Shown piece by piece: positions 36,479 through 47,350 of a stretch of 64,000 nucleotides of DNA (position 1 is its first letter; the number at the start of each line of letters is the position of its first letter). Both the position numbers and the translations under genes were made by a program. Source of the DNA: Aristaeellaceae bacterium (GTDB lineage: Bacteria > Bacillota > Clostridia > Christensenellales > Aristaeellaceae); the NCBI GenBank assembly GCA_051886675.1, contig JBJEYH010000203.1:183-64182 (forward strand), given 5' to 3'. A model generated the notes under the pieces. The model was given only the letters and a program-made list of their open reading frames with translations. It was not told the DNA's origin and made no database searches.

Positions 36479-37942
36479 TCACTTCAGTTCGATGGCCGCC
36501 ACACAGCAGGGAGGCAGCTCCACCACCGCGTCGCCGCCGCGCAGGCTGCAGCCGTCGAAAGCCTTCGCCGCCAGGGGCGATGCGTCAAAGTCGTTGTACT
36601 GGCCCATTTCGCCCTGGAGGATCCGGCCGGCGATGCTGGTGGCATCCGCGCCCTTCACGGTGACGGTCACGGGCCTGTCGGCGGAAAGGTTGGCCAGGGT
36701 GAGGGTGGTCACGCCATTCTTCAGGGAGGCGGAGGCCGTCACCTGAGGCAGCTCCCAGCCCTCCTGACCCACGGTGTCCGCCTGCACGAAGCAGTCGACC
36801 TCCTGCGCGTCCTGATGGGCCTTGTACAGGTCGAAGACGTGATAGGTGGGGGTCAGCACCATCTTCTCGCCCTCGGTGAGCACCACGGCCTGCAGCACGT
36901 TCACCGTCTGGGCCAGGTTGGCCATGACCACGCGGTCGCAGTGATGGTTGAAGATGTTCAGGGTGATGGCCGCCACCAGGGCGTCGCGCATGGTGTTCTG
37001 CTGGTAGAGGAAGCCGGGATTGGTGCCGGGCTCCACGTCGTACCAGGTGCCCCACTCGTCCACGATCAGCCCCACCTTCCGCTTGGGGTCGTAGCGGTCC
37101 ATGATGGCGATGTGCCCGGTGACGATCTCATCCATGCGGGCGGCCTTCACCAGCGTCTTGTAGAAGTCCGTCAGGGTGAAGCCCGTGGCGCTGCCCTTGT
37201 GCTTCCAGTCGCCGCTGCACACGGTGTAGTAGTGCATGGTGAGGGCGTCCATGTACTTGGCCGCCCGCTCCATGAGCACCTCCGTCCACTCGTAGTCGTC
37301 CTCGCTGGGGCCGCAGGCGATCTTGTAGAGCTTGTCATCGCCGTACTTGCGGCAGAAGGTCTGGTAGCGGCGGTACTCGTCGGCGTAGTACTCAGGGCGC
37401 ATGTTGCCGCCGCAGCCCCAGCTCTCGTTGCCCACGCCCCAGTACTTCACGTGCCAGGGATCCTTGCGGCCGTTGGCCCAGCGCTTCTGAACCACGGTGG
37501 AGTCCCCGTCGCTGTTGAGGTACTCCACCCACTCGGCCATCTCCCGCACGGTGCCGCTGCCCACGTTGGCGTTGATGTAGGGCTCGCACCCCAGCTGATC
37601 GCACAGGTCCAGGAACTCGTGGGTGCCGAAGGAATTGTCCTCCACCACGTCGCCCCAGTTGGTGTTGACCATGCGCTTGCGGTTCTCCTTCGGGCCGATG
37701 CCGTCCTCCCAGTGGTACTCGTCGGCAAAGCAGCCGCCCGGCCAGCGCATCACCGGGACGCCCAGCTTCTTCAGCGCCTCCACCACGTCCGTGCGGATGC
37801 CCCGCACATTGGGAATGGGGCTGTCCTCGCCCACGTACAGGCCCTGGTAAATGCACCGGCCCAGATGCTCGGAAAAGTGTCCGTAAATGTTCCTGTTGAT
37901 CTTGCCCTGGCTTCTTTCCTTGTTCAGGGTAACAACCGCCAT
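36479..37942 (-). CDS. GH51 alpha-L-arabinofuranosidase
   Basis: [32 protein letters not shown] and WGVGNE.WGCGG blocks. ATG at 37942 after GAAGGAGGA. Confidence 0.9.
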   Translation of the reverse strand: MAVVTLNKERSQGKINRNIYGHFSEHLGRCIYQGLYVGEDSPIPNVRGIRTDVVEALKKLGVPVMRWPGGCFADEYHWEDGIGPKENRKRMVNTNWGDVVEDNSFGTHEFLDLCDQLGCEPYINANVGSGTVREMAEWVEYLNSDGDSTVVQKRWANGRKDPWHVKYWGVGNESWGCGGNMRPEYYADEYRRYQTFCRKYGDDKLYKIACGPSEDDYEWTEVLMERAAKYMDALTMHYYTVCSGDWKHKGSATGFTLTDFYKTLVKAARMDEIVTGHIAIMDRYDPKRKVGLIVDEWGTWYDVEPGTNPGFLYQQNTMRDALVAAITLNIFNHHCDRVVMANLAQTVNVLQAVVLTEGEKMVLTPTYHVFDLYKAHQDAQEVDCFVQADTVGQEGWELPQVTASASLKNGVTTLTLANLSADRPVTVTVKGADATSIAGRILQGEMGQYNDFDASPLAAKAFDGCSLRGGDAVVELPPCCVAAIELK

Positions 37943-38061
37943 GGTTCTGTCCTCCTTCAAGTAAGGGAGCCGGCCTCAAGACCGGCTTCCGAAAGCGTTC
38001 TATTCGCCTTCGCGACAGGGACTCCTTCCGGGCCCACCGGAAAAATTCGAGAAAATTTTCC

Positions 38062-40404
38062 TCACGCGCCGCAGCGGACGAAGGCCTTGCCCTCCCCGCT
38101 CAGGCTCAGGCGGGTGCTGCCGTTTGCCACGGTCATGGCCGCGCCCTCGGCGGACTGCGCCGTCACGTTCATCAGCGTCACGGTGCAGGGCCGGCCGCCC
38201 GTCAGCGTCAGGGCGTAGCCCTCCGCCGTGCGCGCCACGGTCAGGCTGGCCGTTTCCCGGCCGTCCGCGCCGCAGATCACGCAGGCGCGCTCCTGCCCCT
38301 CCTCCAGCGCGTAGACCCGCCAGTCCGCATCCTGGGCATAGTCGTACTGGACGGTATCGTCATGGGCGCCCACGGGGATGACGCTCCCCGGCCGGACGTA
38401 GAGCGGCAGGCTCATGTAGCCGTGATGCTCCCGGATCCAGCGGCCGCCCTCGCGCTCCTCGCCGGTGAGCAGGCTCGTCCAGCGGCCCTCGGGCAGATAG
38501 TACTCCGCCATGCCCTGATCGTTCAGGATGGGCGCCACCAGCAGGCTGTCGCCCAGCATGTACTGGGTGGACAGCCCCGCGCAGGCCCGCTCGTCGGGGA
38601 ATTCCAGGGGCATCATGCGCATCATGGGCACGCCGGTTTCGTGGGTCAGCACCGCCTGGCGGTAGAGGTAGGGCATCAGGCTGTACTTCAGCCGGGCGAA
38701 GAACCGCAGCACGTCCACCGCCTCATCGTCATAGGCCCAGGGCACCCGGTAGCTGCTGGACCCGTGGAGCCGCGAATGGCTGGACAGAAGCCCGAAGGCG
38801 CACCAGCGCTTGTACACGTCCGCCGTGGAGGTGCGCTCGAAGCCGCCGATGTCGTGGCTCCAGAACCCGAAGCCCGAGCTGGTCAGCGACAGGCCGCCCC
38901 GCAGGGTCTGCTCCATGGCCACATAGCTGCTCCAGCAGTCGCCGCCCCAGTGGACGGGGAACTTCTGCCCGCCCGCCGTGGCCGACCGGGCGAAGAGCAC
39001 CGCTTCCTCCTTGCCGCGCTTGCGGACAATGGTGTCGTAGACGGTCTTGTTGTACAGGTAGGTGTAGTAGTTGTGCATCAGCTCCGGATCCGCGCCGTTG
39101 TAGTAGACGCAGTCGGTGGGGATGCGCTCGCCGAAGTCGGTCTTGAAGCAGTCGACGCCCATGTCCAGCAGCCGTTCCAGCTGCGCGGAATACCACCGGC
39201 AGGCCTCCGGATTGGTGAAGTCCACCAGCGCCATGCCGGACTGCCACATGTCCCACTGCCACACGTCGCCATTGGGCCGCTTGAGGAAGTAGCCCTTCTC
39301 CGCGCCCTCGGCGAACAGATGGGATTCCTGCCCCACGTAGCTGTTGATCCACACGCAGATCTTCAGGCCCTTGCTCTTCAGGCGCTTCAGCATGCCCTCC
39401 GGATCGGGGAACACCTCCGGATCCCACAGGAAGTCGCACCAGTGGAAGGCCCGCATCCAGAAGCAGTCGAAGTGGAACACCGACAGGGGAATCCCCCGCT
39501 CCATCATGCCGTCCACGAAGCTGTTGACGGTCTCCTCGTCATAATTGGTGGTGAAGGACGTGGACAGCCACAGCCCGAAGGTCCACGCCGGCGGCAGGGC
39601 CGGATGCCCCGTGATGCCGGTGTAGCGGCTCAGGGCGTCCTTCATGGTGGGGCCGCCGATAAGGAAGAAATCCAGCATCTCGCCCTTGACGGCGAAGGAC
39701 ACCTTCGACACCATCTCGCTGCCCACCTCGAAGGACACCCGCTCCGGATGGTTGACGAACACGCCGTAGCCCTTGCTGGACAGATAGAAGGGAATATTCT
39801 TGTAGGCCTGCTGGGTGGAGGTGCCGCCGTCCTCGTTCCAGACCTCGATGGTCTGACCGTTTTTGGCCAGGGGGCCGAAGCGCTCGCCCAGGCCGTAGAT
39901 CATCTCGCCCACGTCCATGTCCAGCTGGCCCCGCATATACGCGTCCCCGGGGCCCTTGTCATAGTAGAAGCCGTGCCAGTCGGGCTTGACGTAGGCCAGA
40001 TCCTTTTCCGCGCTGCCGGTCAGCTTCCGATCGCCCTGCCAGAAGGTCATCGCGCCGCTGGCCCGGTCGATCTCCACCCGGGTGCTGCCGCTGGATACGG
40101 TGATGACCGCATCGGTTTCGGCGGCGCGGAACAGGCCCTCCTGTCCCGGCTCCAGGTCGAAGGCGGGGCCCCTGCGCTTCACCCCCGCGTGGTGCCAGGT
40201 GCGCACCCTGAGCACCTCCGGGTAGGGGGCGGTGATCTCCATGGTCAGGTTCACGCCGTCCATGGTGTCGCCCCGCTGGCGCACCGGCCGGGTGGTGATG
40301 AGCAGCACAGCCCGATCCTTTTCCAGGCGGGCCGAATACACCTGCACCGGGGAGAAGCACTGCACGCCCTCCTGGGGCAGCCAGCAGCCATTGCTGAATT
40401 TCAT
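38062..40404 (-). CDS. GH31 alpha-xylosidase/alpha-glucosidase (YicI-like)
   Basis: KTDFGE (nucleophile region) and WGGDC/WSHDIGGF blocks. 780 aa. AAAGGAG ribosome-binding site. Confidence 0.9.
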   Translation of the reverse strand: MKFSNGCWLPQEGVQCFSPVQVYSARLEKDRAVLLITTRPVRQRGDTMDGVNLTMEITAPYPEVLRVRTWHHAGVKRRGPAFDLEPGQEGLFRAAETDAVITVSSGSTRVEIDRASGAMTFWQGDRKLTGSAEKDLAYVKPDWHGFYYDKGPGDAYMRGQLDMDVGEMIYGLGERFGPLAKNGQTIEVWNEDGGTSTQQAYKNIPFYLSSKGYGVFVNHPERVSFEVGSEMVSKVSFAVKGEMLDFFLIGGPTMKDALSRYTGITGHPALPPAWTFGLWLSTSFTTNYDEETVNSFVDGMMERGIPLSVFHFDCFWMRAFHWCDFLWDPEVFPDPEGMLKRLKSKGLKICVWINSYVGQESHLFAEGAEKGYFLKRPNGDVWQWDMWQSGMALVDFTNPEACRWYSAQLERLLDMGVDCFKTDFGERIPTDCVYYNGADPELMHNYYTYLYNKTVYDTIVRKRGKEEAVLFARSATAGGQKFPVHWGGDCWSSYVAMEQTLRGGLSLTSSGFGFWSHDIGGFERTSTADVYKRWCAFGLLSSHSRLHGSSSYRVPWAYDDEAVDVLRFFARLKYSLMPYLYRQAVLTHETGVPMMRMMPLEFPDERACAGLSTQYMLGDSLLVAPILNDQGMAEYYLPEGRWTSLLTGEEREGGRWIREHHGYMSLPLYVRPGSVIPVGAHDDTVQYDYAQDADWRVYALEEGQERACVICGADGRETASLTVARTAEGYALTLTGGRPCTVTLMNVTAQSAEGAAMTVANGSTRLSLSGEGKAFVRCGA

Positions 40405-40456
40405 GGTGGAAGACTCCTTTCCTATCTATAAGTATGGTCTGTGAAAGGGATACGCG

Positions 40457-41302
40457 CTATGGTCTGCGCCCGGAGGCGTCGCCGCCGGCATCCGCCCTGG
40501 GGGATACGCCGTTGTGCTGGCGGCGGAACTGCAGGGGCGTCACGCCGAATTCCTCCCGGAAGCGGCGGACGAAGCTGCTCACGTCGTTGTAGCCGCACTG
40601 ACGGGCCACCTCCATCACGGGCGTCTCCGTCTGCATGAGCATGACCCGGGCCTGGGTCAGGCGGCTGAGGGTCACATACTGCATGGGCCGCATGCCCACG
40701 CACCGGCTGAAGTGGCTGGACAGGCAGCCCGGACTGACGTGGTAGCGCCTGGCCAGCGCCTTGAGGGAGAAGGGCCGGGCGAAGGTACGGTCCAGCTCGT
40801 CCAGGATTTCCCCCATGGGCAGGAAGTCGTCCCCCGGATCGCCCAGGAACATGTCCGGGCGTTTCTCCCGGGCGCAGAGCAGGATCAGCGTCAGCAGGGC
40901 TTCCACCTGTTCCTCCATCAGGGGGCCGGCGCGCTCCGCCATCTCCCGCAGCAGCGAAAAGCAGGTGTCGAACCGGGGCTTGTCCTCCCCCGTTTCCAGC
41001 ACATAGGGGTAGCCCCCCCGCCGGAAGCGGAAGACCGACAGCAGCCGCGTATCCTGCCGGAAGGCCTGCAGCTGCGTGGGCGGAATCAGCAGATAGTACC
41101 GCCGGTAGCACGCCCCGCACATCCGGGTGGCATGCTCGTCGAAGGGGTTCAGGAATACCAGCGATCCGGCCTCCACCCGTTTTTCCTGCCCCCGGACCGT
41201 CAGCCGCACCGCGCCCTCCAGCACGTACAGCAGCTCGTAGTACACATGCGTGTGCGCCTGATGGAACGCCGGCTCCTCGCTGTAGACAATGGTGAAGGGC
41301 AT
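40457..41302 (-). CDS. AraC family transcriptional regulator (cupin + HTH_18)
   Basis: N-terminal cupin-like sensor. C-terminal AraC helix-turn-helix (...GYNDVSSF.R.F...FG.TP..FR). ATG at 41302 after AGGAGGG. Confidence 0.85.
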   Translation of the reverse strand: MPFTIVYSEEPAFHQAHTHVYYELLYVLEGAVRLTVRGQEKRVEAGSLVFLNPFDEHATRMCGACYRRYYLLIPPTQLQAFRQDTRLLSVFRFRRGGYPYVLETGEDKPRFDTCFSLLREMAERAGPLMEEQVEALLTLILLCAREKRPDMFLGDPGDDFLPMGEILDELDRTFARPFSLKALARRYHVSPGCLSSHFSRCVGMRPMQYVTLSRLTQARVMLMQTETPVMEVARQCGYNDVSSFVRRFREEFGVTPLQFRRQHNGVSPRADAGGDASGRRP

Positions 41303-41414
41303 AGCATCCCTCCTGCAGATTGATTTTCCATATTTCCGTGCGCCCGGCGCAGGTTCATCGACATGCTTATACTTTATCATAGTTCTTGAAAGACCGCAAG
41401 GAGGTAGACGCCTG

Positions 41415-42710
41415 ATGAATCACGAAACCTTCCACTATCCCACCCTTGACAGCCTGCGCGCCGCCGCGGCGAAGGCTCAGGCTGATCTGCCCCTGCAGGA
41501 GGACGTATCCCCGCTGTACCGGCCCCTGACCCTGGGGGCCGTCACCGCGCCCAACCGCATCGCCTTCCAGCCCATGGAGGGCACCGACGGCACGGAGGAC
41601 GGCGCGCCGGGCGAATTGACCGTCCGCCGCTATGAGCGCTTTGCCAAGGCCGGCCCGGGGCTGATCTGGTTCGAGGCCGTGGCCACCGTGCCGGAGGGCC
41701 GGGCCAGCGCCCATCAGCTGTACCTCACCGGGGACAACGTGGACGCCTTCCGCCGCCTGACCGACGACATCCGCGAAACCTGCCTGCGGGAGAACGGCTA
41801 CGTGCCTGTGCTGGTCATGCAGGCCACCAACAGCGGCCGCTACTCCAAGCCCCACGGCTATCCGGAGCCCATGATCGCCTACAGCTGCCCGCCCCTGGAG
41901 GACACACCCCTGCCCGCCGGGCGCATCGTCTCCGACGACGACCTGCGCCGCTTCGAGGATGCCTATACCACAACCGCGCGGCTGTGCCAGCAGGCCGGCT
42001 TCGACGGCATGGACGTGAAGTGCTGCCACCGCTACCTGGCCTGCGAGCTGCTCAGCGCGTACACCCGGCCCGGCGACTACGGCGGCAGCTTCGAAAACCG
42101 CACCCGCTTCCTCAGGAACTGCTACCGGGCGGCGCAGGCGGGGCTGACCTCCGGCGACTTCTTCCTGACCAGCCGGCTCAACGCCTACGACGGATTCCCC
42201 TACCCCTACGGCTTCGGCGTGAAGGAGGGAAGCCTGGAGCCCGACATGACCGAGGCCATCCGGCTGATCCGCGAGCTGGAAGCGGAATTCCATATTCCGC
42301 TGATCAACATCACCATGGGCAACCCCTACAAGAACCCCCACGTGAACCGCCCCTACGACCACGGCAACTACGTTCCGGACGAGCATCCGCTGGAGGGCGT
42401 GGGCCGGGTGATGAAGGGCGTCAGCGAGATCCAGCACGCGGTGGACATCCCGGTGCTGGGCAGCGCGTTTTCCTACCTGCGGCAGTTTTCGCCGAACCTG
42501 GCGGCGGGCATGGTGGATGGCGGACACGCAGCCATGGCGGGCTTCGGGCGGATGGCCTTCGCCTATCCGGAGTTCGTGCAGGACGCCCGCAGGGACGGCC
42601 GCATCGATCCCCGCCGCGTCTGCCTGACCTGCGGCGGGTGCGCGGTTCTGCTGCGCGCCGGGACCCCCGCAGGATGCATCCTGCGGGATCGGGAGGTTTA
42701 TCACGCCTGA
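41415..42710 (+). CDS. OYE-like FMN oxidoreductase (FadH N-terminal-domain type) with C-terminal Cys cluster
   Basis: NRIAFQPME, H.YL..ELLS...N.R.D.YGGS.ENR TIM-barrel blocks. Ends with C-x2-C-x2-C-x11-C (CLTCGGCAVLLRAGTPAGC). No downstream FAD/NAD(P) domain. AAGGAGG ribosome-binding site. Confidence 0.75.
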   Translation: MNHETFHYPTLDSLRAAAAKAQADLPLQEDVSPLYRPLTLGAVTAPNRIAFQPMEGTDGTEDGAPGELTVRRYERFAKAGPGLIWFEAVATVPEGRASAHQLYLTGDNVDAFRRLTDDIRETCLRENGYVPVLVMQATNSGRYSKPHGYPEPMIAYSCPPLEDTPLPAGRIVSDDDLRRFEDAYTTTARLCQQAGFDGMDVKCCHRYLACELLSAYTRPGDYGGSFENRTRFLRNCYRAAQAGLTSGDFFLTSRLNAYDGFPYPYGFGVKEGSLEPDMTEAIRLIRELEAEFHIPLINITMGNPYKNPHVNRPYDHGNYVPDEHPLEGVGRVMKGVSEIQHAVDIPVLGSAFSYLRQFSPNLAAGMVDGGHAAMAGFGRMAFAYPEFVQDARRDGRIDPRRVCLTCGGCAVLLRAGTPAGCILRDREVYHA

Positions 42711-42746
42711 GACGCATCGGGCGTTCACAGAAAGGAGGGAGCCTTG

Positions 42747-43898
42747 ATGCCGACAAGGCCCCGTGTGGTACTGATTGGGGTGGGCGGCTTCGGCCAGGCC
42801 TATCTGCGCACCATGACCGGGGAGGATACCGGCGCGGATCTGACCGCCATTGTGGATACCGATCCCGCCGCCGCCGCGAAATTCCCCGTCATTGCCGAAA
42901 GGCGCATTCCCGTCTACGCGTCCCTGGAGGACTTCTTCGCCCGCGACAGCGCGGAGCTGGCCGTGATCGTCACGCCGGTGCACACGCATCTGGCCATCGC
43001 CCGGGCCTGCTTCGCCCGCGGGATGCACGTCCTGTGCGAGAAGCCCCTGTGCATGACCCTGGAGGACGCCCAGGCCATGGAGGACGCCGCCCAGGCCGCG
43101 AACCGGCTCCTGGGGCTGGCGTACCAGATGGACTTCCGCCGGGATGTGCTGGCCCTGAAAAGGGACATCCTCGCCGGACGCTTCGGCCGGGCAAGGCGCA
43201 TGGCCGTATGCCATGCCTTCCGCCGGGGCGCGGCCTACTACGCCCGCAACCACTGGGCCGGGCACATCTACGACGGCGGCCGGGAGGTCTTCGACAGCCC
43301 CTTCGCCAACGCCTCGGCCCACAATTTCCAGATGCTGACCTTCCTGCTGGGGGACAGCATGGACAGCGCCTGCGCCGTGACGGCGGCGGAGGGCGAGCTG
43401 TTCCACGGCAACCCCGCCGTGGAGAACTACGACATCGCGGCCCTGCGCTTCCGCACCGACACGGACACCGAGCTGCTCTACTACACCGCCCATCCCCTGC
43501 GGACGGAGTTCTTCGGCCCCTACGGCGTGATGGAGTTCGAGAAGGCCACCATCACCTACGAGGGCGCGGAGCTGAACTTCCACGCCGTCATGGACGACGG
43601 CGCCGTCATCGACTACGATCAGCCCACCCCCCACGGCCAGATGCAGAAGCTCTACGACATGATCGGCTGCATCCTGCACGGCGGCACGCCCCTGTGCGGC
43701 GCGAAGGCGGATCAGGCGCACATCCAGGCCGTCCGCATGGCCCAGGAGCTGCCCATCCGCACGGTGCGGGAGGAGCTGCGCCGCTATGAGGAGCTGGGCA
43801 GCGACCGGTTCGTGTTCATCGAGGGGCTGGAGGACGTGATGCTCCGCTGCATGAAGGCGTGGGCGCTGCCCTCGGAGCTCGGCATTTCCCTGACGTAA
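42747..43898 (+). CDS. Gfo/Idh/MocA family oxidoreductase
   Basis: N-terminal Rossmann V.LIGVGGFG and EKP motif (CEKPL). ATG at 42747 is 7 nt after AAAGGAGGG. Confidence 0.8.
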   Translation: MPTRPRVVLIGVGGFGQAYLRTMTGEDTGADLTAIVDTDPAAAAKFPVIAERRIPVYASLEDFFARDSAELAVIVTPVHTHLAIARACFARGMHVLCEKPLCMTLEDAQAMEDAAQAANRLLGLAYQMDFRRDVLALKRDILAGRFGRARRMAVCHAFRRGAAYYARNHWAGHIYDGGREVFDSPFANASAHNFQMLTFLLGDSMDSACAVTAAEGELFHGNPAVENYDIAALRFRTDTDTELLYYTAHPLRTEFFGPYGVMEFEKATITYEGAELNFHAVMDDGAVIDYDQPTPHGQMQKLYDMIGCILHGGTPLCGAKADQAHIQAVRMAQELPIRTVREELRRYEELGSDRFVFIEGLEDVMLRCMKAWALPSELGISLT

Positions 43899-44181
43899 CG
43901 GAAGCTGAATACGCAGCGGGCGCGTCCCTGCCCACGGAAGCCGAAAGGCCCGCGGCGCAGGGGCGCGCCCTTTCTGTGCGGCGGATCATGCCCTCCGGCG
44001 GCGCCGCTTCCATGGATTGTCAGCCATCCCTTTCCAGCCGGATCCGTCGCGCGCCGCCCGGGAAAAATCGTCTGATCCGGATCAAGAATCGTATCCTTTC
44101 CGCCTTGCTTTTTCAGGAGGTTCATAGTATCCTTATGGCAGAAAAATTCCCGTCAGGGACAAATTCAAAGGAGATATGACC

Positions 44182-47100
44182 ATGCCGCTGATGTCATCGG
44201 AGTATCGCGACCGGCTGAAGCACTGGCAGCGGGTGCTGTCGGAGGATTTCTATCATCCCCTGGGCGACATTGCGTTCGAAGGCTTTACCACCATGGAGCA
44301 TCTGACCCCCGGGCAGGCCCTGCAGGGTGATTTCCGGCCCGTGCCCGTGGGCATGGAATGGGGGCACACCTGGGAGTACATGTGGGTGCGCGCCACCGTG
44401 ACCCTGCCTGAGGCGGCGGAGGGTCAGCCCATCGCCATGTCCCTGGACATGGGCGGCGAGGCCACGCTGTTTGTCAACGGCGAGCCCTTCGGCATCCGCC
44501 GGGCGGAGTGGGTGTCCGTGCCCCATCACTACATTTCCGACAACGTGCTGACCCTCTCGGGCAGGGCAGGGGAAACCTTCGAGCTGCTCTTCGAGGTGTA
44601 CGCGGGGCATTACTTCCCGGATGTGGGCGGCTGCGCCACGGGCCCCGTGCTGCCCGGCACCCTGGGCGATCCCAGGGAGGAGGGCCGCCGCGCGCGGGTG
44701 GGCCGCTCCACCTTCGGCGTGTGGAACGAGCCGGCCTATCAGCTGTGGCTGGACGTGACCACCCTGTGGCAGCTGCTGGACGAGCTGCCCGAGGATTCCC
44801 TGCGGGCCAGCCGGATTGCCGACGGCCTGGAGGAATACACCCGCATCGTGGACTTCGAGCAGCCCCTGCCCGGGCGGGTGGCCAGCTACGAGCGCGCCCG
44901 CGAGGCCCTGCGCCCGCTGATGGAGGCCCACAACGGCCCCACCGCGCCGGTGCTGGCAGCCGTGGGCAACGCGCATCTGGATCTGGCCTGGCTGTGGCCC
45001 CAGCAGGAGACCCACCGCAAGACCGCCCGCACCTTCGCCGCGCAGCTGCGCCTGCTGGAGCGCTATCCGGAGTACCGCTACATCCAGAGCCAGCCCGCCG
45101 CCTACGAGATGTGCCGGGATCACTACCCCTCCCTGTACGAGAAGATCCGTCAGGCCGTGAAGGACGGCCGCTGGATTGCCGAGGGCGCCATGTACGTGGA
45201 GCCTGACACCAACATGCCCTCGGGCGAGGCGCTGATCCGCCAGCTGGTGTACGGCAAGCGGTTCTACAAGGAGGAGCTGGGCGTGGACAGCCGCATGCTG
45301 TGGCTGCCGGACACCTTCGGCTACTCCGCGGCCCTGCCCCAGCTGCTGCGCAGCTGCGGCGTGGACTACCTGGTCACCCAGAAGATCTTCTGGGCCTATA
45401 ACGACAGCGATCCCTTCCCCTACCACTACTTCACCTGGAAGGGCATGGACGGCAGCGCCGTGACGTCCTTCCTGCCCACCAGCTACACCTACCGCACCGA
45501 TCCCAAGGACATGTGCCGCATCTGGCGTGAGCGGGTGCAGAAGCGGCATCTGGACGCCTTCCTGGTGCCCTTCGGCTACGGCGACGGCGGCGGCGGCCCC
45601 TGCCGGGATTACGTGGAGCACGCCCTGCGCGAGCGCGATCTGGAGGGCATGCCCCGGGTGGAGATGATCTCCCCCATCGACTTCTTCGAGGCCATGGAGA
45701 AGGCCGGCGGCCCGGTCAACACCTGGGACGGCGAGCTGTACTTCAGCGCCCACCGGGGCACCTACACCACCCAGGCCGCGGTCAAGGCCAACAACCGCCG
45801 CAGCGAGTTCGCCCTGCATGACATGGAGGTCTGGGGCGCGCTGGCCCTGCTGAAGGGCCATGCCTTCGACCAGGCTGCCGCCGAGCGGCTGTGGAAGGTG
45901 CTGCTGCTGCACCAGTTCCACGACATCCTCCCCGGCTCGTCCATCGGGCGGGTGTACAAGGAGGCCAATGAGCAGCACCGTCTGCTGCAGGCGGAAGCCT
46001 CCTCCCTGGCGGAAGCCTCCCGCAGGGCCCTGCTTAACGATGGCGAGGGCGTGACGGTGTTCAACAGCCTGGGCTTCGACCGGGATGAGGTCATCGGGCT
46101 GCCCGAGGGCTTCGGCGGCGCGCAGACGCTCTCCGGCGAGGTGCTGCCTTCCGCAAACGGCAGGGCGCTGGTGCATGTGCCGGCCCTGGGCATGGTATCC
46201 CTGAAGCCCGCCGACGCCTGCGCGCCTGCTGAGGTTGCTTCCGCTGAGCTGACGGCCGACGGCGCCATCCTGCGCTGCGGGGGTCTGGAGGTTGTGGTGG
46301 ACGCGCAGGGTCGCGTGACCCGCTACGCGCTTGATGGCCGGGTCATGTCCGCGGGCGTGATGAACCAGCTGACCATGTACAAGGATGTGCCCCGCGTGTT
46401 CGACGCCTGGGACATCGACAGCAACTACCGGGAGCAGGAGCGCTTCACCAGCCAGGCCGACAGCCTGGTCGTCGATGCTGCCGGCGGCCTGGTCGCCTCG
46501 GTCACCTGGACGGGACGCATCGGGCAATCGGCCATCCGGCAGACCATCTCCATCCGGGTGGGCAGCCCGGTGGTGACCTTCGACACCACGGTGGACTGGC
46601 ACGAGATGCATCGTCTGCTGAAGGTTGGCTTCCCCGTGGACGTGCGCGCCGAAACGGCCCAGCACGAGATCCAGTTCGGCTATGTGGATCGGCCCACCCA
46701 CCGCAGCCGCAAGTATGATCAGGACCGCTACGAGGTATGCAACCACCGCTGGACGGCCCTGCACGATCACAGCCACGGCTGCGCGGTGCTCAACGACTGC
46801 AAGTACGGCGTGGGCGTCGCGGAGAACAGCATCGAGCTGACCCTGCTGCGCGCCGCCACCTCCCCCGACATGGTCAGCGACCAGGGCGAGCAGCGCTTCC
46901 GCTACGGCTTCACCGCCTGGACGGGGGATTTCGACCAGTCGCCGGTGGTGCGTCAGGGTCTGTGCTTCAACGAGCCCGTGACCCTGCTGCCCGGTGTGGC
47001 AGACACCTTCTCGGCCTTCCGGACGGACGCCCCCAACGTGATCCTCGACACCCTCAAGCCTGCCGACGACGGCAGCGGCGATCTGATCCTCCGCCTGTAC

Positions 47101-47259
47101 GAGAGCGGCAAGGCTGACACCGTCTTCACCCTTTCCTCCGACCTGCCGATCCGCAGCGTGCGCCGCTGCAGCCCCCTCGAGGATGCCGGCGAGCCCTGCG
47201 AGGGCATGGTCTTCCACGTGAAGCCCTTCCAGGTGATGACCCTGCGCATCAGCGTGTAA
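44182..47259 (+). CDS. GH38 alpha-mannosidase
   Basis: ~1025 aa. GNAHLD.AWLW and HQFHD(I/T)LPGS blocks of GH38. ATG at 44182 (8 nt after AAAGGAG) is preferred over 44176. Confidence 0.9.
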   Translation: MPLMSSEYRDRLKHWQRVLSEDFYHPLGDIAFEGFTTMEHLTPGQALQGDFRPVPVGMEWGHTWEYMWVRATVTLPEAAEGQPIAMSLDMGGEATLFVNGEPFGIRRAEWVSVPHHYISDNVLTLSGRAGETFELLFEVYAGHYFPDVGGCATGPVLPGTLGDPREEGRRARVGRSTFGVWNEPAYQLWLDVTTLWQLLDELPEDSLRASRIADGLEEYTRIVDFEQPLPGRVASYERAREALRPLMEAHNGPTAPVLAAVGNAHLDLAWLWPQQETHRKTARTFAAQLRLLERYPEYRYIQSQPAAYEMCRDHYPSLYEKIRQAVKDGRWIAEGAMYVEPDTNMPSGEALIRQLVYGKRFYKEELGVDSRMLWLPDTFGYSAALPQLLRSCGVDYLVTQKIFWAYNDSDPFPYHYFTWKGMDGSAVTSFLPTSYTYRTDPKDMCRIWRERVQKRHLDAFLVPFGYGDGGGGPCRDYVEHALRERDLEGMPRVEMISPIDFFEAMEKAGGPVNTWDGELYFSAHRGTYTTQAAVKANNRRSEFALHDMEVWGALALLKGHAFDQAAAERLWKVLLLHQFHDILPGSSIGRVYKEANEQHRLLQAEASSLAEASRRALLNDGEGVTVFNSLGFDRDEVIGLPEGFGGAQTLSGEVLPSANGRALVHVPALGMVSLKPADACAPAEVASAELTADGAILRCGGLEVVVDAQGRVTRYALDGRVMSAGVMNQLTMYKDVPRVFDAWDIDSNYREQERFTSQADSLVVDAAGGLVASVTWTGRIGQSAIRQTISIRVGSPVVTFDTTVDWHEMHRLLKVGFPVDVRAETAQHEIQFGYVDRPTHRSRKYDQDRYEVCNHRWTALHDHSHGCAVLNDCKYGVGVAENSIELTLLRAATSPDMVSDQGEQRFRYGFTAWTGDFDQSPVVRQGLCFNEPVTLLPGVADTFSAFRTDAPNVILDTLKPADDGSGDLILRLYESGKADTVFTLSSDLPIRSVRRCSPLEDAGEPCEGMVFHVKPFQVMTLRISV

Positions 47260-47350
47260 GGGGGACGCTGGGGCTTCTCGCCCCAGACCCTCGCCAGAGG
47301 GCCGCATGGCCCTCTGGACTCCCGTTCGGGGGGATCTTGCTGGGTTGAAA

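Noticed and set aside
36465-36482. N-terminal extensions MKEDTA (GH27) and MKEDRT (GH51, 37943-37960) given by the ORF track.
   Set aside because: These codons are the GAAGGAGGA Shine-Dalgarno sequence itself. The downstream ATG at 7-nt spacing is the credible start in both genes.
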